57,922 nt of DNA from IMG/VR virus record IMGVR_UViG_3300029787_000044, positions 1 to 57,922 of that record; one strand, 5' to 3'. The position numbers and the translations under genes were made by a program. The notes under the pieces were generated by a model. It was not told the origin of the DNA. It worked only from the letters and a program-made list of their open reading frames with translations, and did no database searches. Shown in pieces: positions 1 to 8,133 of the stretch. Positions within the stretch are counted from its first letter, which is position 1. Each line of letters opens with the position of its first letter. The DNA is from a virus (Duplodnaviria > Caudoviricetes).

Positions 1-212
1 AGGCAAAAGAGCAAGGTCAGATATCCGCAGCCATCACAGCAGAGGTCCATCGAGGCAAAGCAGGTGGACTCTACATTGATAGACGCGAGATACTTACCGC
101 GAAGATCGACTTGATGTCTAAGGACGATCTACTCACTCGACTCGAAACACTGATCAAGAAGCGAGCGACTGAGTCCAATGTGATCGAGGGAGAGTTTGCA
201 CCCAAAGATTGA
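1..212 (+). CDS. terS: Terminase small subunit, C-terminal part (5' truncated; not in ORF track)
   Basis: Frame from nt 3 reads AKEQGQISAAITAEVHRGKAGGLYIDRREILTAKIDLMSKDDLLTRLETL...PKD* (TGA 210-212). AA-x-AE-x-RGK-x-GLYIDR-x-EI resembles phage TerS C-termini; terL lies 3.5 kb downstream. Confidence 0.65.
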   Translation, partial: AKEQGQISAAITAEVHRGKAGGLYIDRREILTAKIDLMSKDDLLTRLETLIKKRATESNVIEGEFAPKD

Positions 213-223
213 TTGGTATTAAT

Positions 224-303
224 CGCTCTACTCTACTCTACTCACTCTACTCTATCCGTCAGTCCCTGTCCCCGTCCCTGTCCCCGTCCTTCTTTCCGTC
301 TAT
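224..303 (+). repeat. Pyrimidine-rich short tandem repeat tract 1 (CTCTA array, then GTCCCTGTCCCC x2)
   Basis: CGCTCTACTCTACTCTA at 224-240, more CTCTA units to 254, 12-bp unit twice at 262-285. Confidence 0.9.
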
Positions 304-356
304 CATTGGCTGTGTTTCATAGTTTACTCTCCGATTTTACAGCTTCTTTATACTGC

Positions 357-385
357 TTTACTTTGGTACCAATCCTTAGTATACT
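357..385 (+). promoter_or_regulatory. Sigma70-type early promoter (GCTTTACTTT class)
   Basis: TTTACT 357-362, 17-bp spacer, TATACT 380-385; the same motif recurs elsewhere in the window. Confidence 0.75.
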
Positions 386-435
386 TGTTGGACTAAGTAG
401 GTAATTAAGCCGACTTATTAGAAAGGAGAAAGACT

Positions 436-732
436 ATGAAAATAGATACTAACTACAAAGCAGGAACTCAAAGAGGTTCTGCAAACTATGGAGCAGTGAT
501 CACTCTGATTGCTACGCCTAAAGGAAAGTTTCCAGCACAGGCTGGAAAGATTATCGAAGCTCTGCTTGCTGCGAAGGACCACACGCTTACAGTTGGTGAG
601 TTGGTTGGGACTGATGGCTCGACTGAGAGTGCTTTAGATAAAGCTGGATTGGTAACAGTCCAGACTCCTGCGGATATCTGGTCTTATTACAGAAACAGAC
701 TTATCGAGGAAGGATTGGTAACAGTTAGCTAG
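436..732 (+). CDS. Small early protein, paralog of 1085..1453 (possible DNA-binding protein)
   Basis: Strong RBS GAAAGGAGAAA, own promoter and terminator; shares TLI...P-x-Q...TV...Q-x-P...Y pattern with 1085..1453. Confidence 0.8.
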   Translation: MKIDTNYKAGTQRGSANYGAVITLIATPKGKFPAQAGKIIEALLAAKDHTLTVGELVGTDGSTESALDKAGLVTVQTPADIWSYYRNRLIEEGLVTVS

Positions 733-748
733 ACCGCTGACTGGTTCC

Positions 749-775
749 AAAGGGCGACTTCGGTCGCCTTTTTTT
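749..775 (+). terminator. Rho-independent terminator
   Basis: GGCGAC-TTCG-GTCGCC stem with UUCG loop followed by a T run. Confidence 0.9.
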
Positions 776-778
776 GTG

Positions 779-980
779 CTCGCTCTACTCTACTCTATCG
801 CTCGCTCGCTCTACTCTATCCACTCTACTCTATCACTCTATCAAATCCCTCGCTCCCTCACTCCCGTCCCTCCGTCCCCCGTTCTAACTCCCGTCGTTCG
901 CGTCGCTCTTGTTAATTAACCTAAGCTAAGCTAACCTAGTCTAACTAACTGACTAACTAATTAAATTAACTAATTGACTA
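779..980 (+). repeat. Short tandem repeat tract 2 (CTCTA / CGCT / CCCGT units, then CTAA-rich array)
   Basis: CGCTCTACTCTACTCTA 781-797 is identical to 224-240; CCCGTCCC-like units 863-895; palindrome GTTAATTAAC 911-920; CTAAG/CTAAC/CTAA units 921-972. Confidence 0.9.
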
Positions 981-987
981 TATACCC

Positions 988-1015
988 TAGACATTAGACT
1001 AAATATGCTTATAAT
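988..1015 (+). promoter_or_regulatory. Sigma70-type promoter
   Basis: TAGACA 988-993, 16-bp spacer, TATAAT 1010-1015 upstream of ORF 1085. Confidence 0.6.
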
Positions 1016-1084
1016 AAGAGTTAAGTAATTAAATAAAGGGCGTTAATTACTTACTTTAAAAACTAGCCCTAAGGAAATAGAACT

Positions 1085-1453
1085 ATGAAACAATCAGAAG
1101 AAATGAAAGCGGTCTTAAAAAGACTTGAAGAAGCTAAACCACCTGTAGGCGGTAGCTCTAACTCAATTAGTGTTGATCTAAAGGTTACACTAATAGACGG
1201 TGTAGATACTACTAACCTACCTAAACAGGTACAGTTAATAGCTAACTACATTAAGGCGTTAGGCGGTACTACTACAGTACGTGATATTAATGATCTAGGT
1301 AGTATTGCTAAAGGTGCTCAAGCATGGGCTAGAGCTGACGGTACACCTTATGAGCAATCACCACAACGTGTTCTAGCTCATTACTTTAATAAGTGTAACG
1401 GCTCTGTAGCATGGACACCTAGCAAGGGTATTAAAGCTATATTAACTAGCTAG
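1085..1453 (+). CDS. Small early protein, paralog of 436..732
   Basis: RBS AAGGA; VTLI...LPKQVQLI...TTVRDI...QSPQRVLAHY aligns by eye with ITLI...FPAQAGKI...LTVGEL...QTPADIWSYY. Confidence 0.8.
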   Translation: MKQSEEMKAVLKRLEEAKPPVGGSSNSISVDLKVTLIDGVDTTNLPKQVQLIANYIKALGGTTTVRDINDLGSIAKGAQAWARADGTPYEQSPQRVLAHYFNKCNGSVAWTPSKGIKAILTS

Positions 1454-1472
1454 TCTTAACCTACGCTTATCT

Positions 1473-1498
1473 AAGGGCTACTAACGTAGCCCTTTTTT
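1473..1498 (+). terminator. Rho-independent terminator
   Basis: AAGGGCTAC-TAAC-GTAGCCCTT stem followed by a T run. Confidence 0.9.
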
Positions 1499-1681
1499 AT
1501 TGCCTAAGGTTTAGCCCTATCTACTAACCTATATCAATACACACGCTTAGAACCCCTATACCCCCCTATTGACATTGTGCCCTCCTACCCTTCGCCACAC
1601 CTTAGGTTCACGTCCTTAATTGCAACTACTTTACAAATTTAAAAATTTTGCAAAAAAATTTTTTTCGATTATACTTTTACC

Positions 1682-1918
1682 ATGGGATTTATAAATTTGT
1701 TAAAGAAAATCCTTAGATGGGTCATACAGCAGCTTAAAAAACGGTATAAAGTAACAGTATCCTTTAACAAAGAATATGGTGATTCAGACGATACAACACA
1801 TATAACTAAAAAGATTATTGTGCAAAAAGAAAATCACCTAAAGTTCCGTAACGAAGCAGGCAAAGAAATAGAATATCGCAGCTCTGGTGGACTTAATTAC
1901 ATTATAGAGGAACTTTAA
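1682..1918 (+). CDS. Hypothetical phage protein
   Basis: ORF coupled (TAATG) to the next gene; TATACT 6 nt upstream of ATG. Confidence 0.65.
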   Translation: MGFINLLKKILRWVIQQLKKRYKVTVSFNKEYGDSDDTTHITKKIIVQKENHLKFRNEAGKEIEYRSSGGLNYIIEEL

Positions 1919-2301
1919 TGCAACAAATTTTTATAGGTATTATATTAGTTTTAGGCTTTTCTACATACACCCTTTATAATCAAAACAAAACATTAGCTAC
2001 GAACAATCAGTTATTAGAAAGTTCTATCGCCCAACAAAACGAGGCTATTAAACAACATCTCGAAAACGCTAAACAACTACAAGATAAAAACAATAAATTA
2101 GCTTCGCAAAGCCAAGATTCGTTACGCGAGGTCAACAAACTCAGAAGTACTTTTGCTAACCATGATCTAGATGCTCTTGCACTAGCCAAACCAGGATTAG
2201 TAGAAATTAAAGTTAATAAAGCGGTTAAACGGCTAAAAGACGAACTAGTGGAAATAACCGACCCAACTCAATTTGATGATGAAGAAGATAGCGATTCTTA
2301 G
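1918..2301 (+). CDS. Putative i-spanin (Rz-like)
   Basis: N-terminal TM helix followed by a coiled coil; overlaps a lipoprotein gene. Confidence 0.65.
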   Translation: MQQIFIGIILVLGFSTYTLYNQNKTLATNNQLLESSIAQQNEAIKQHLENAKQLQDKNNKLASQSQDSLREVNKLRSTFANHDLDALALAKPGLVEIKVNKAVKRLKDELVEITDPTQFDDEEDSDS

Positions 2302-2650
2302 TGCTATAGGTGTCCTTTGTACAGGATGTTCTATGTTACCTTCTTCGGTTAAACCTGTGGAAGTTATCACGATAGCAGAATCAATTCCTATGTACCATCC
2401 TCCTCTCCCCTTGGAAGTACAGTTAGTAGATGTAGATTGGTCTGTATTAACCCCCGAACTGATGCAAGAATATTTGTTAGCTTTGGAAGAAGGTTCTGCT
2501 CCGCGATCCGCGTATTATTCACTTACAACTAAAGAATACGAAAACCTGTCCATGAACATGGCAGAACTAAAACGTTACCTAAAAGACTCTTTACATATTA
2601 TCGAATACTATCGAGAATACGATAACGAAGAAGAATCCGAAGACAACTAA
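2279..2650 (+). CDS. Putative o-spanin (Rz1-like lipoprotein)
   Basis: MKKIAILSAIGVLCTG-C lipobox, Pro-rich segment (YHPPLPLEV), overlaps the putative i-spanin. Confidence 0.65.
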   Translation: MKKIAILSAIGVLCTGCSMLPSSVKPVEVITIAESIPMYHPPLPLEVQLVDVDWSVLTPELMQEYLLALEEGSAPRSAYYSLTTKEYENLSMNMAELKRYLKDSLHIIEYYREYDNEEESEDN

Positions 2651-2752
2651 ACGCAATCCGCGGACCAAGGATACCACCCCTCCCCCCTTCTCCTTTACTT
2701 TATTTTTCTGGTTTGCTTTGCAAACACTTAATGTTTAGCTTATACTTCGAAG

Positions 2753-3760
2753 ATGGCTGAACCTACAGGAACAATAGAACCTATTCCGTTATACGACCGA
2801 AAAGATTTAAGTCTTTTAGGGGGGCTTGGTGAAATGTTTTCTAATTACATTAATCAACCATTAAACACAGAAGACCCTTTACAAAATCTGGTGAGCGGAT
2901 TAAGTCAAAATGTTAGTGAATATGATTTCGCTATGGGTGGAGGAACTAAATTAGCTTCAGGATTTCTTGTAGCTAGAGAAGCAGCAATAAAAGAAATAAA
3001 AAAGTTACAAGCTGCTGCACGAAGACAACGAGAAATTATAGACAGATCAATCGATCCTAACGAACTACAAGGAGCAAGCACTAAACTAGCTTCAATAGAA
3101 AAACAATTAAAGTTTAAAATAGATAAACAAGCCCTTGCGGATAAAAAGAACGCTGTTGCAGATGCCACAAGTAAAACAGGACAAACACTTTTTCACGGTA
3201 GCAGTGAAAAAGGTATTAAAAGTTTAGAAATACCTAAACAAATTTTTGATAAAACAGGAAAAGAAATAGTCACAAAAAATTCTACAGGAGGAATTTATTC
3301 AGTAGCTGATCCATCAGATCCTAGATTTAAATCTTTTTCTAAAGGGTTTGCTAGTAAAAGTGGCGGTGGCAAAGGCTCTGGTTATGTTTTAAAAGCTGAT
3401 TTTAAAAAACCATTAGATATGGACGATATGCCTGATGATATGTTAGACGTTTTAAAAAATATGGAACAATACCGAGGACGTCCTAGTAGAGGAGCAGATA
3501 CAAAATTAGATTTTGATATAAACTCCATATTACATGGAAATAGAATGTTGGGAGGCAAGGCTCCCTCAATAATAGATAAAGAGTTTGCTGATATTTTTAA
3601 AACAAGAGGTTACGACGCTTTACGTTTTCCACCTAGAAGAAAAATGGGAGGGGAAGGAAGTACATTCGTTTCACTAGACCCAAGTAATTTAAAAATTACC
3701 GATGAAATACCGTATGATGATTTAGATGATTTTATAAGAGCGTATCTTAGTGGTAAGTAA
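2753..3760 (+). CDS. Protein with C-terminal ADP-ribosyltransferase-like (ART-PolyVal-like) domain
   Basis: TLFHGS ... GGIYSV ... GYVLKADFKKPLD ... GYDALRF ... FVSLDPSNLK resembles polyvalent-protein ART-like domains. Confidence 0.5.
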   Translation: MAEPTGTIEPIPLYDRKDLSLLGGLGEMFSNYINQPLNTEDPLQNLVSGLSQNVSEYDFAMGGGTKLASGFLVAREAAIKEIKKLQAAARRQREIIDRSIDPNELQGASTKLASIEKQLKFKIDKQALADKKNAVADATSKTGQTLFHGSSEKGIKSLEIPKQIFDKTGKEIVTKNSTGGIYSVADPSDPRFKSFSKGFASKSGGGKGSGYVLKADFKKPLDMDDMPDDMLDVLKNMEQYRGRPSRGADTKLDFDINSILHGNRMLGGKAPSIIDKEFADIFKTRGYDALRFPPRRKMGGEGSTFVSLDPSNLKITDEIPYDDLDDFIRAYLSGK

Positions 3761-5276
3761 AACAGACAAGCTAAAGTCTTTAAAAAACATAGACCTTTCG
3801 CATTTAACTAAAGCAGAAGCTAAAGAATTTACTATTCTTTTAGAAGAATTAGAAAAACGTGAGTTTCAAGAAAAAGCCACAGGCACTTTTATGGATTTTG
3901 TAAAATCTATTTGGGCAGAGTTCATTAACGGTGACCACCACGTAAAAATGGCAAAAGCTTTTGACGATATAGCTAGTGGTAAATTAAAACGTCTTATTAT
4001 CAACATGCCGCCTAGACATACTAAGTCTGAGTTTGCATCGCATTTGTTCCCTGCTTATTTATTAGGTAAAAACCCTAAATTAAAAATTATAGAAGCAACC
4101 CACACCGCTGACCTTGCGGTTAACTTTGGACGTAAAGTTAGGGATTTAATTGACGGGGAAGAATATAGAGAACTGTTTCCCGATACCGAGCTAAAAGCTG
4201 ATAGCCGTTCTGCAGGTAAATGGTTAACAAATAAAGGCGGTGAATACTACGCTGCTGGTATAGGTGGTGCGTTAGCGGGAAGGGGTGCTGATTTGTTTAT
4301 TATTGATGATCCTCATTCAGAACAAGATGCTATGTCAGATAAAGCTATGGACGAAGCTTATGAATGGTTTATGGCAGGTCCTCGTCAAAGGTTACAGCCT
4401 GGAGGTGCAATCGTTATAGTTATGACGCGTTGGAACAAAAAAGATTTAACAGGCAGATTAACTAAGAAAATGGCGCAAGACGAAGGTGCAGATCAATGGG
4501 AGATTATAGAATTCCCTGCAATATTACCTAGCGGTACTCCGCTTTGGGAAAATTATTGGAAGTTAGAAGAACTAGAAAGTATTAAAGCTTCGGTTAGTCC
4601 AGCAAAATGGGCGGCGCAGTATATGCAAAGACCAACAGGTGAAGGTATTTCAATTATACCTAAAGAATGGTTTACCATTTGGGACGAAAATCAACCTCCG
4701 AAATGTGATTATTTAATACAAAGTTACGATACTGCATTTTTAAAATCAGAAAGAGCCGACTTCACAGCTATTACAACATGGGGAGTTTTTTATCCTGAAG
4801 GTAAAATAGGTGAAGAAATATATCACGGTAACGAAGCCCATTTAATTTTAATAGACTGTATTAAAGAACGTTTTGATTTTCCTGAATTAAAAGCAGAAGC
4901 TTTACGCCTGTATGAGTATTGGACTCCCGATACCGTAATTATCGAAGCTAAAGCTAGTGGTATACCTTTAGTTCAAGAATTACGTAGAGTAGGTATTCCT
5001 GTAAATACTTTTAGTCCAGGAAAAGGACAAGATAAAATTGCTAGATTAAATTCTGTATCTCCTATTTTCCAAGATGGTAGAGTCTGGGTACCCGACAACA
5101 GATTCGGTGAAGAACTTATGGAAGAAGTTTCTGACTTTCCTGCGGGTGAAAATGATGACCTTGTTGATGCTACAACTTTAGCTTTAGCTAGATTCAGGGA
5201 AGGTGGATTTTTACAACTAACAAGTGATTATTTTGAAGAAGAAGAATCCTTTCATGGACAAAGGGTTTATTATTAA
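3750..5276 (+). CDS. terL: Terminase large subunit
   Basis: LIINMPPRHTKS Walker A, FIIDDPH Walker B, VMTRW motif III, QSYDTA nuclease start, C-terminal NDDLVDATT. Confidence 0.97.
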   Translation: MVSKTDKLKSLKNIDLSHLTKAEAKEFTILLEELEKREFQEKATGTFMDFVKSIWAEFINGDHHVKMAKAFDDIASGKLKRLIINMPPRHTKSEFASHLFPAYLLGKNPKLKIIEATHTADLAVNFGRKVRDLIDGEEYRELFPDTELKADSRSAGKWLTNKGGEYYAAGIGGALAGRGADLFIIDDPHSEQDAMSDKAMDEAYEWFMAGPRQRLQPGGAIVIVMTRWNKKDLTGRLTKKMAQDEGADQWEIIEFPAILPSGTPLWENYWKLEELESIKASVSPAKWAAQYMQRPTGEGISIIPKEWFTIWDENQPPKCDYLIQSYDTAFLKSERADFTAITTWGVFYPEGKIGEEIYHGNEAHLILIDCIKERFDFPELKAEALRLYEYWTPDTVIIEAKASGIPLVQELRRVGIPVNTFSPGKGQDKIARLNSVSPIFQDGRVWVPDNRFGEELMEEVSDFPAGENDDLVDATTLALARFREGGFLQLTSDYFEEEESFHGQRVYY

Positions 5277-5302
5277 GTAAAATCATACTATGATGTATAA
5301 CT

Positions 5303-7738
5303 ATGGCTATTGAAAAACAACCATTGCAAGCCGTTTCTAATTCTCAAGAAGCTGTTGAGCTTGAAATCATGGAACAACCTGAAGAAGAAACTGAACTTTT
5401 TGTTCAACCTGACGGCTCTGTTATTCGAGGCAGTGAAATGCCAGAACAAATCCCTTCTAAGTTTGGAGCAAATTTAGCCGAAGATTTAGACGAGCGAGAA
5501 TTAGCTACTATCGCAACAGAATTAGTAGGACTTTACGAAGACGATTTAGATTCTCGTTCTGATTGGTTTTCTACTTACACTGAAGGATTAGATTTATTAG
5601 GTATTAATGCTGATTCTAGATCCCAACCTTTTGTTGGAGCCTCAGGAGTACACCATCCAATATTAGCAGAAGCCGTAACCCAGTTTCAAGCACAAGCTTA
5701 TAAAGAAATGTTACCTGCAGGCGGACCTGTTGATACAGAAGTTTTAGGAATGACCGATAACGCTAAAATGGAAAAAGCAAATCGTGTTAAAAACTTCATG
5801 AATTATCAAATCACGTATAAAATGGAAGAATACGATCCTGAAATGGATCAGCTTTTATTTTATTTACCTTTATCAGGCTCTGCATTTAAAAAAGTTTACT
5901 ATGATCCTGCAGTTGGACGTGCAGTAGCCCGTTTTGTTAAAGCAGAAGACCTAGTAGTACCTTACTATGCCGTAGATTTACTAACTTCGCCTAGAATTAC
6001 CCACGTAATTCACATGACAGAAAACGAATTACGTAAATTACAGCTTTCAGGCTTCTATAGAGACACTGAAATGTCGTCTCCAGGAACAGATTTAGAAAGA
6101 ACAGACGTTGATGACAAGATAGATGAGCTACAAGGACTAACTAGAACTATAAATGATGAAGAATTTACCCTTTTAGAGATGCATGTAGACTTAGATTTAG
6201 AAGGTTATCAAGATATAGACGAAAATGGCGAAGAAACAGGGCTAGGTTTACCGTATATTGTAACTATTTGCAAAGATAACAACGAAATTCTTGCAATTAG
6301 ACCGAATTATGATGAAAATGACCCCATGCGTAAGAAAATTGAGTATTTTACGCATTATAAGTTCCTTCCTGGACTAGGATTCTATGGTTTTGGGTTAATT
6401 CACATGATGGGTGGATTAACTAAGTCAGTTACTGCGATTTTACGTCAATTAATAGACGCAGGGACCCTTTCTAACCTTCCCGCAGGATTTAAATCCCGTG
6501 GATTAAACATTCAAAAGCATGATGATCCGTTACAGCCAGGAGAATGGCGAGATGTCGATGCTCCAGGAGGCAGATTACAAGATGCTTTCCTTCCGTTACC
6601 TTATAAAGAACCTAGCGGTACTTTAGCTAGTTTATTAGGTTCATTAGTTGATTCTGGTAAAAGATTTGCAGCAACAGTAGAAGATCCAACAGGAGACGGT
6701 AATTCTGAAGCTCCTGTGGGTACTACAGTAGCCCTTATGGAGAAAGGACAAAGAGTTATGTCTGCTATCCATAAAAGATTGCATTATGCACAAAGATGCG
6801 AGTTTAAAATTTTAAAAAGAGTGTTTAGCGAATTTTTACCGCCTGAATACCCTTATCAAGTACAAGGTGCTTCAGAAAATGTATTTAAGGAGGATTTTGA
6901 TAGTTCTGTAGATGTTATACCTGTTAGCGACCCAAATATTTTTAGTATGACGCAAAGAATTACTTTAGCACAAACACAACTACAAATGGCGCAAGCTGCA
7001 CCTCAATTACATGATTTACGAGAATCTTACCGAAAAATGTATTTAGCGTTAAATATTAAAGATATTGACTCATTATTACCTCCAGAAGCAGAAGTTCCTG
7101 CAAGAGATCCGATATCGGAACAACAAGCGGTATTAACAGGTAATCCTATAAAAGCTTACGAGTTTCAAAACCATGAAGCTTATATCGCTAGCCATAGTGC
7201 ATTTATGCAAAATCCAATGGTGCAATCTAATCCTGTGGCTACCCAAGCGATAGGAGCTAATATACAAGAACATCAGGCGATGTTGTACAGACAACAAATA
7301 GAACAAGCAATGGGTCAACCGCTTCCACAAATAGCTGAAGGACAAATGCCTCCAGAAGTTATGAATCAAATTGCAGCACAAGCCGCACAAGCGACTCAAC
7401 AAGTTACAGGTCAAGCACAAGCCATGGCAGAAGCCGCAGCAGCAGCACAACAAAATCCACAAATGGAAATGTTCCAACAACAACTGCAATTAGAAAAAGA
7501 ACAATTAATGCAAAAATCAGAAGATGATATGCGAGACGCGGAAGTAGCTATGACTAAAGCACAACTAGATGCGCAAATTAAACGTGAAAAGATAGAAGCA
7601 GATCTTAGAGTTGCTGATACTAAAACAGCAGTTGAATTACAAGAATTAGAGCAAAAAGCAAAAGCTGATGCAGAAAAGAACTACACCGAGCTAGTAAAAA
7701 CAGTTAGGGAAAGTAGAAAACAAAACGGAGAAAAATAA
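5303..7738 (+). CDS. Portal protein (P22-like, with Q-rich C-terminal coiled coil)
   Basis: 811 aa directly after terL; HPILAEAVTQFQAQAY, GSAFKKVYYD and FYGFGL motifs typical of podoviral portals. Confidence 0.9.
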   Translation: MAIEKQPLQAVSNSQEAVELEIMEQPEEETELFVQPDGSVIRGSEMPEQIPSKFGANLAEDLDERELATIATELVGLYEDDLDSRSDWFSTYTEGLDLLGINADSRSQPFVGASGVHHPILAEAVTQFQAQAYKEMLPAGGPVDTEVLGMTDNAKMEKANRVKNFMNYQITYKMEEYDPEMDQLLFYLPLSGSAFKKVYYDPAVGRAVARFVKAEDLVVPYYAVDLLTSPRITHVIHMTENELRKLQLSGFYRDTEMSSPGTDLERTDVDDKIDELQGLTRTINDEEFTLLEMHVDLDLEGYQDIDENGEETGLGLPYIVTICKDNNEILAIRPNYDENDPMRKKIEYFTHYKFLPGLGFYGFGLIHMMGGLTKSVTAILRQLIDAGTLSNLPAGFKSRGLNIQKHDDPLQPGEWRDVDAPGGRLQDAFLPLPYKEPSGTLASLLGSLVDSGKRFAATVEDPTGDGNSEAPVGTTVALMEKGQRVMSAIHKRLHYAQRCEFKILKRVFSEFLPPEYPYQVQGASENVFKEDFDSSVDVIPVSDPNIFSMTQRITLAQTQLQMAQAAPQLHDLRESYRKMYLALNIKDIDSLLPPEAEVPARDPISEQQAVLTGNPIKAYEFQNHEAYIASHSAFMQNPMVQSNPVATQAIGANIQEHQAMLYRQQIEQAMGQPLPQIAEGQMPPEVMNQIAAQAAQATQQVTGQAQAMAEAAAAAQQNPQMEMFQQQLQLEKEQLMQKSEDDMRDAEVAMTKAQLDAQIKREKIEADLRVADTKTAVELQELEQKAKADAEKNYTELVKTVRESRKQNGEK

Positions 7739-7932
7739 TGCATAGAAATAAAGACTACCCGTCGCCTTCTAAGAAGGTTAATAGAGCTGCTCCTAGTGAG
7801 CCAAAAATGGTAGATAGTACTAAAACACAATCTGTTAAAGCAGGTGAGTGTTTAGATAAACCTGAAGAGGCTAAAGTTAAAGCAGCTTACGGTCAAACTA
7901 AAGGACTTCTTTGGTATAGGTCAATTAAATAA
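7738..7932 (+). CDS. Small hypothetical protein
   Basis: Coupled to portal (TAATG), RBS GGAG. Confidence 0.6.
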   Translation: MHRNKDYPSPSKKVNRAAPSEPKMVDSTKTQSVKAGECLDKPEEAKVKAAYGQTKGLLWYRSIK

Positions 7933-8133
7933 GTGGACTATATCATGGCTACGGAGCATTTGCTTCGTAAATATCGTGAGAGGATAGAAGCTCTCACGCA
8001 AACGCTTGCTTCTGGGAGTATTGAAGATTTTCAACAATACCAAAGGATAGTGGGTGAAATAACAGGTTTGAGGATCGCCGAACAGGAGATTCAAACCTTA
8101 CATTCTAATATGGAGGATGCATATGACGACTAA
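7933..8133 (+). CDS. Small helical hypothetical protein
   Basis: LASGSIEDFQQYQRIVGEITGL; lies between portal and GroES. Confidence 0.7.
   Translation: MDYIMATEHLLRKYRERIEALTQTLASGSIEDFQQYQRIVGEITGLRIAEQEIQTLHSNMEDAYDD

Noticed and set aside
213-404. 63-aa ORF in the track
   Set aside because: It translates the CTCTA/GTCCC repeat tract and a promoter; TTG start without an RBS; most likely spurious.
224-980. Repeat tracts as a CRISPR array
   Set aside because: Units are 4-12 bp and tandem, with no 23-47 bp repeats separated by unique spacers and no cas genes.
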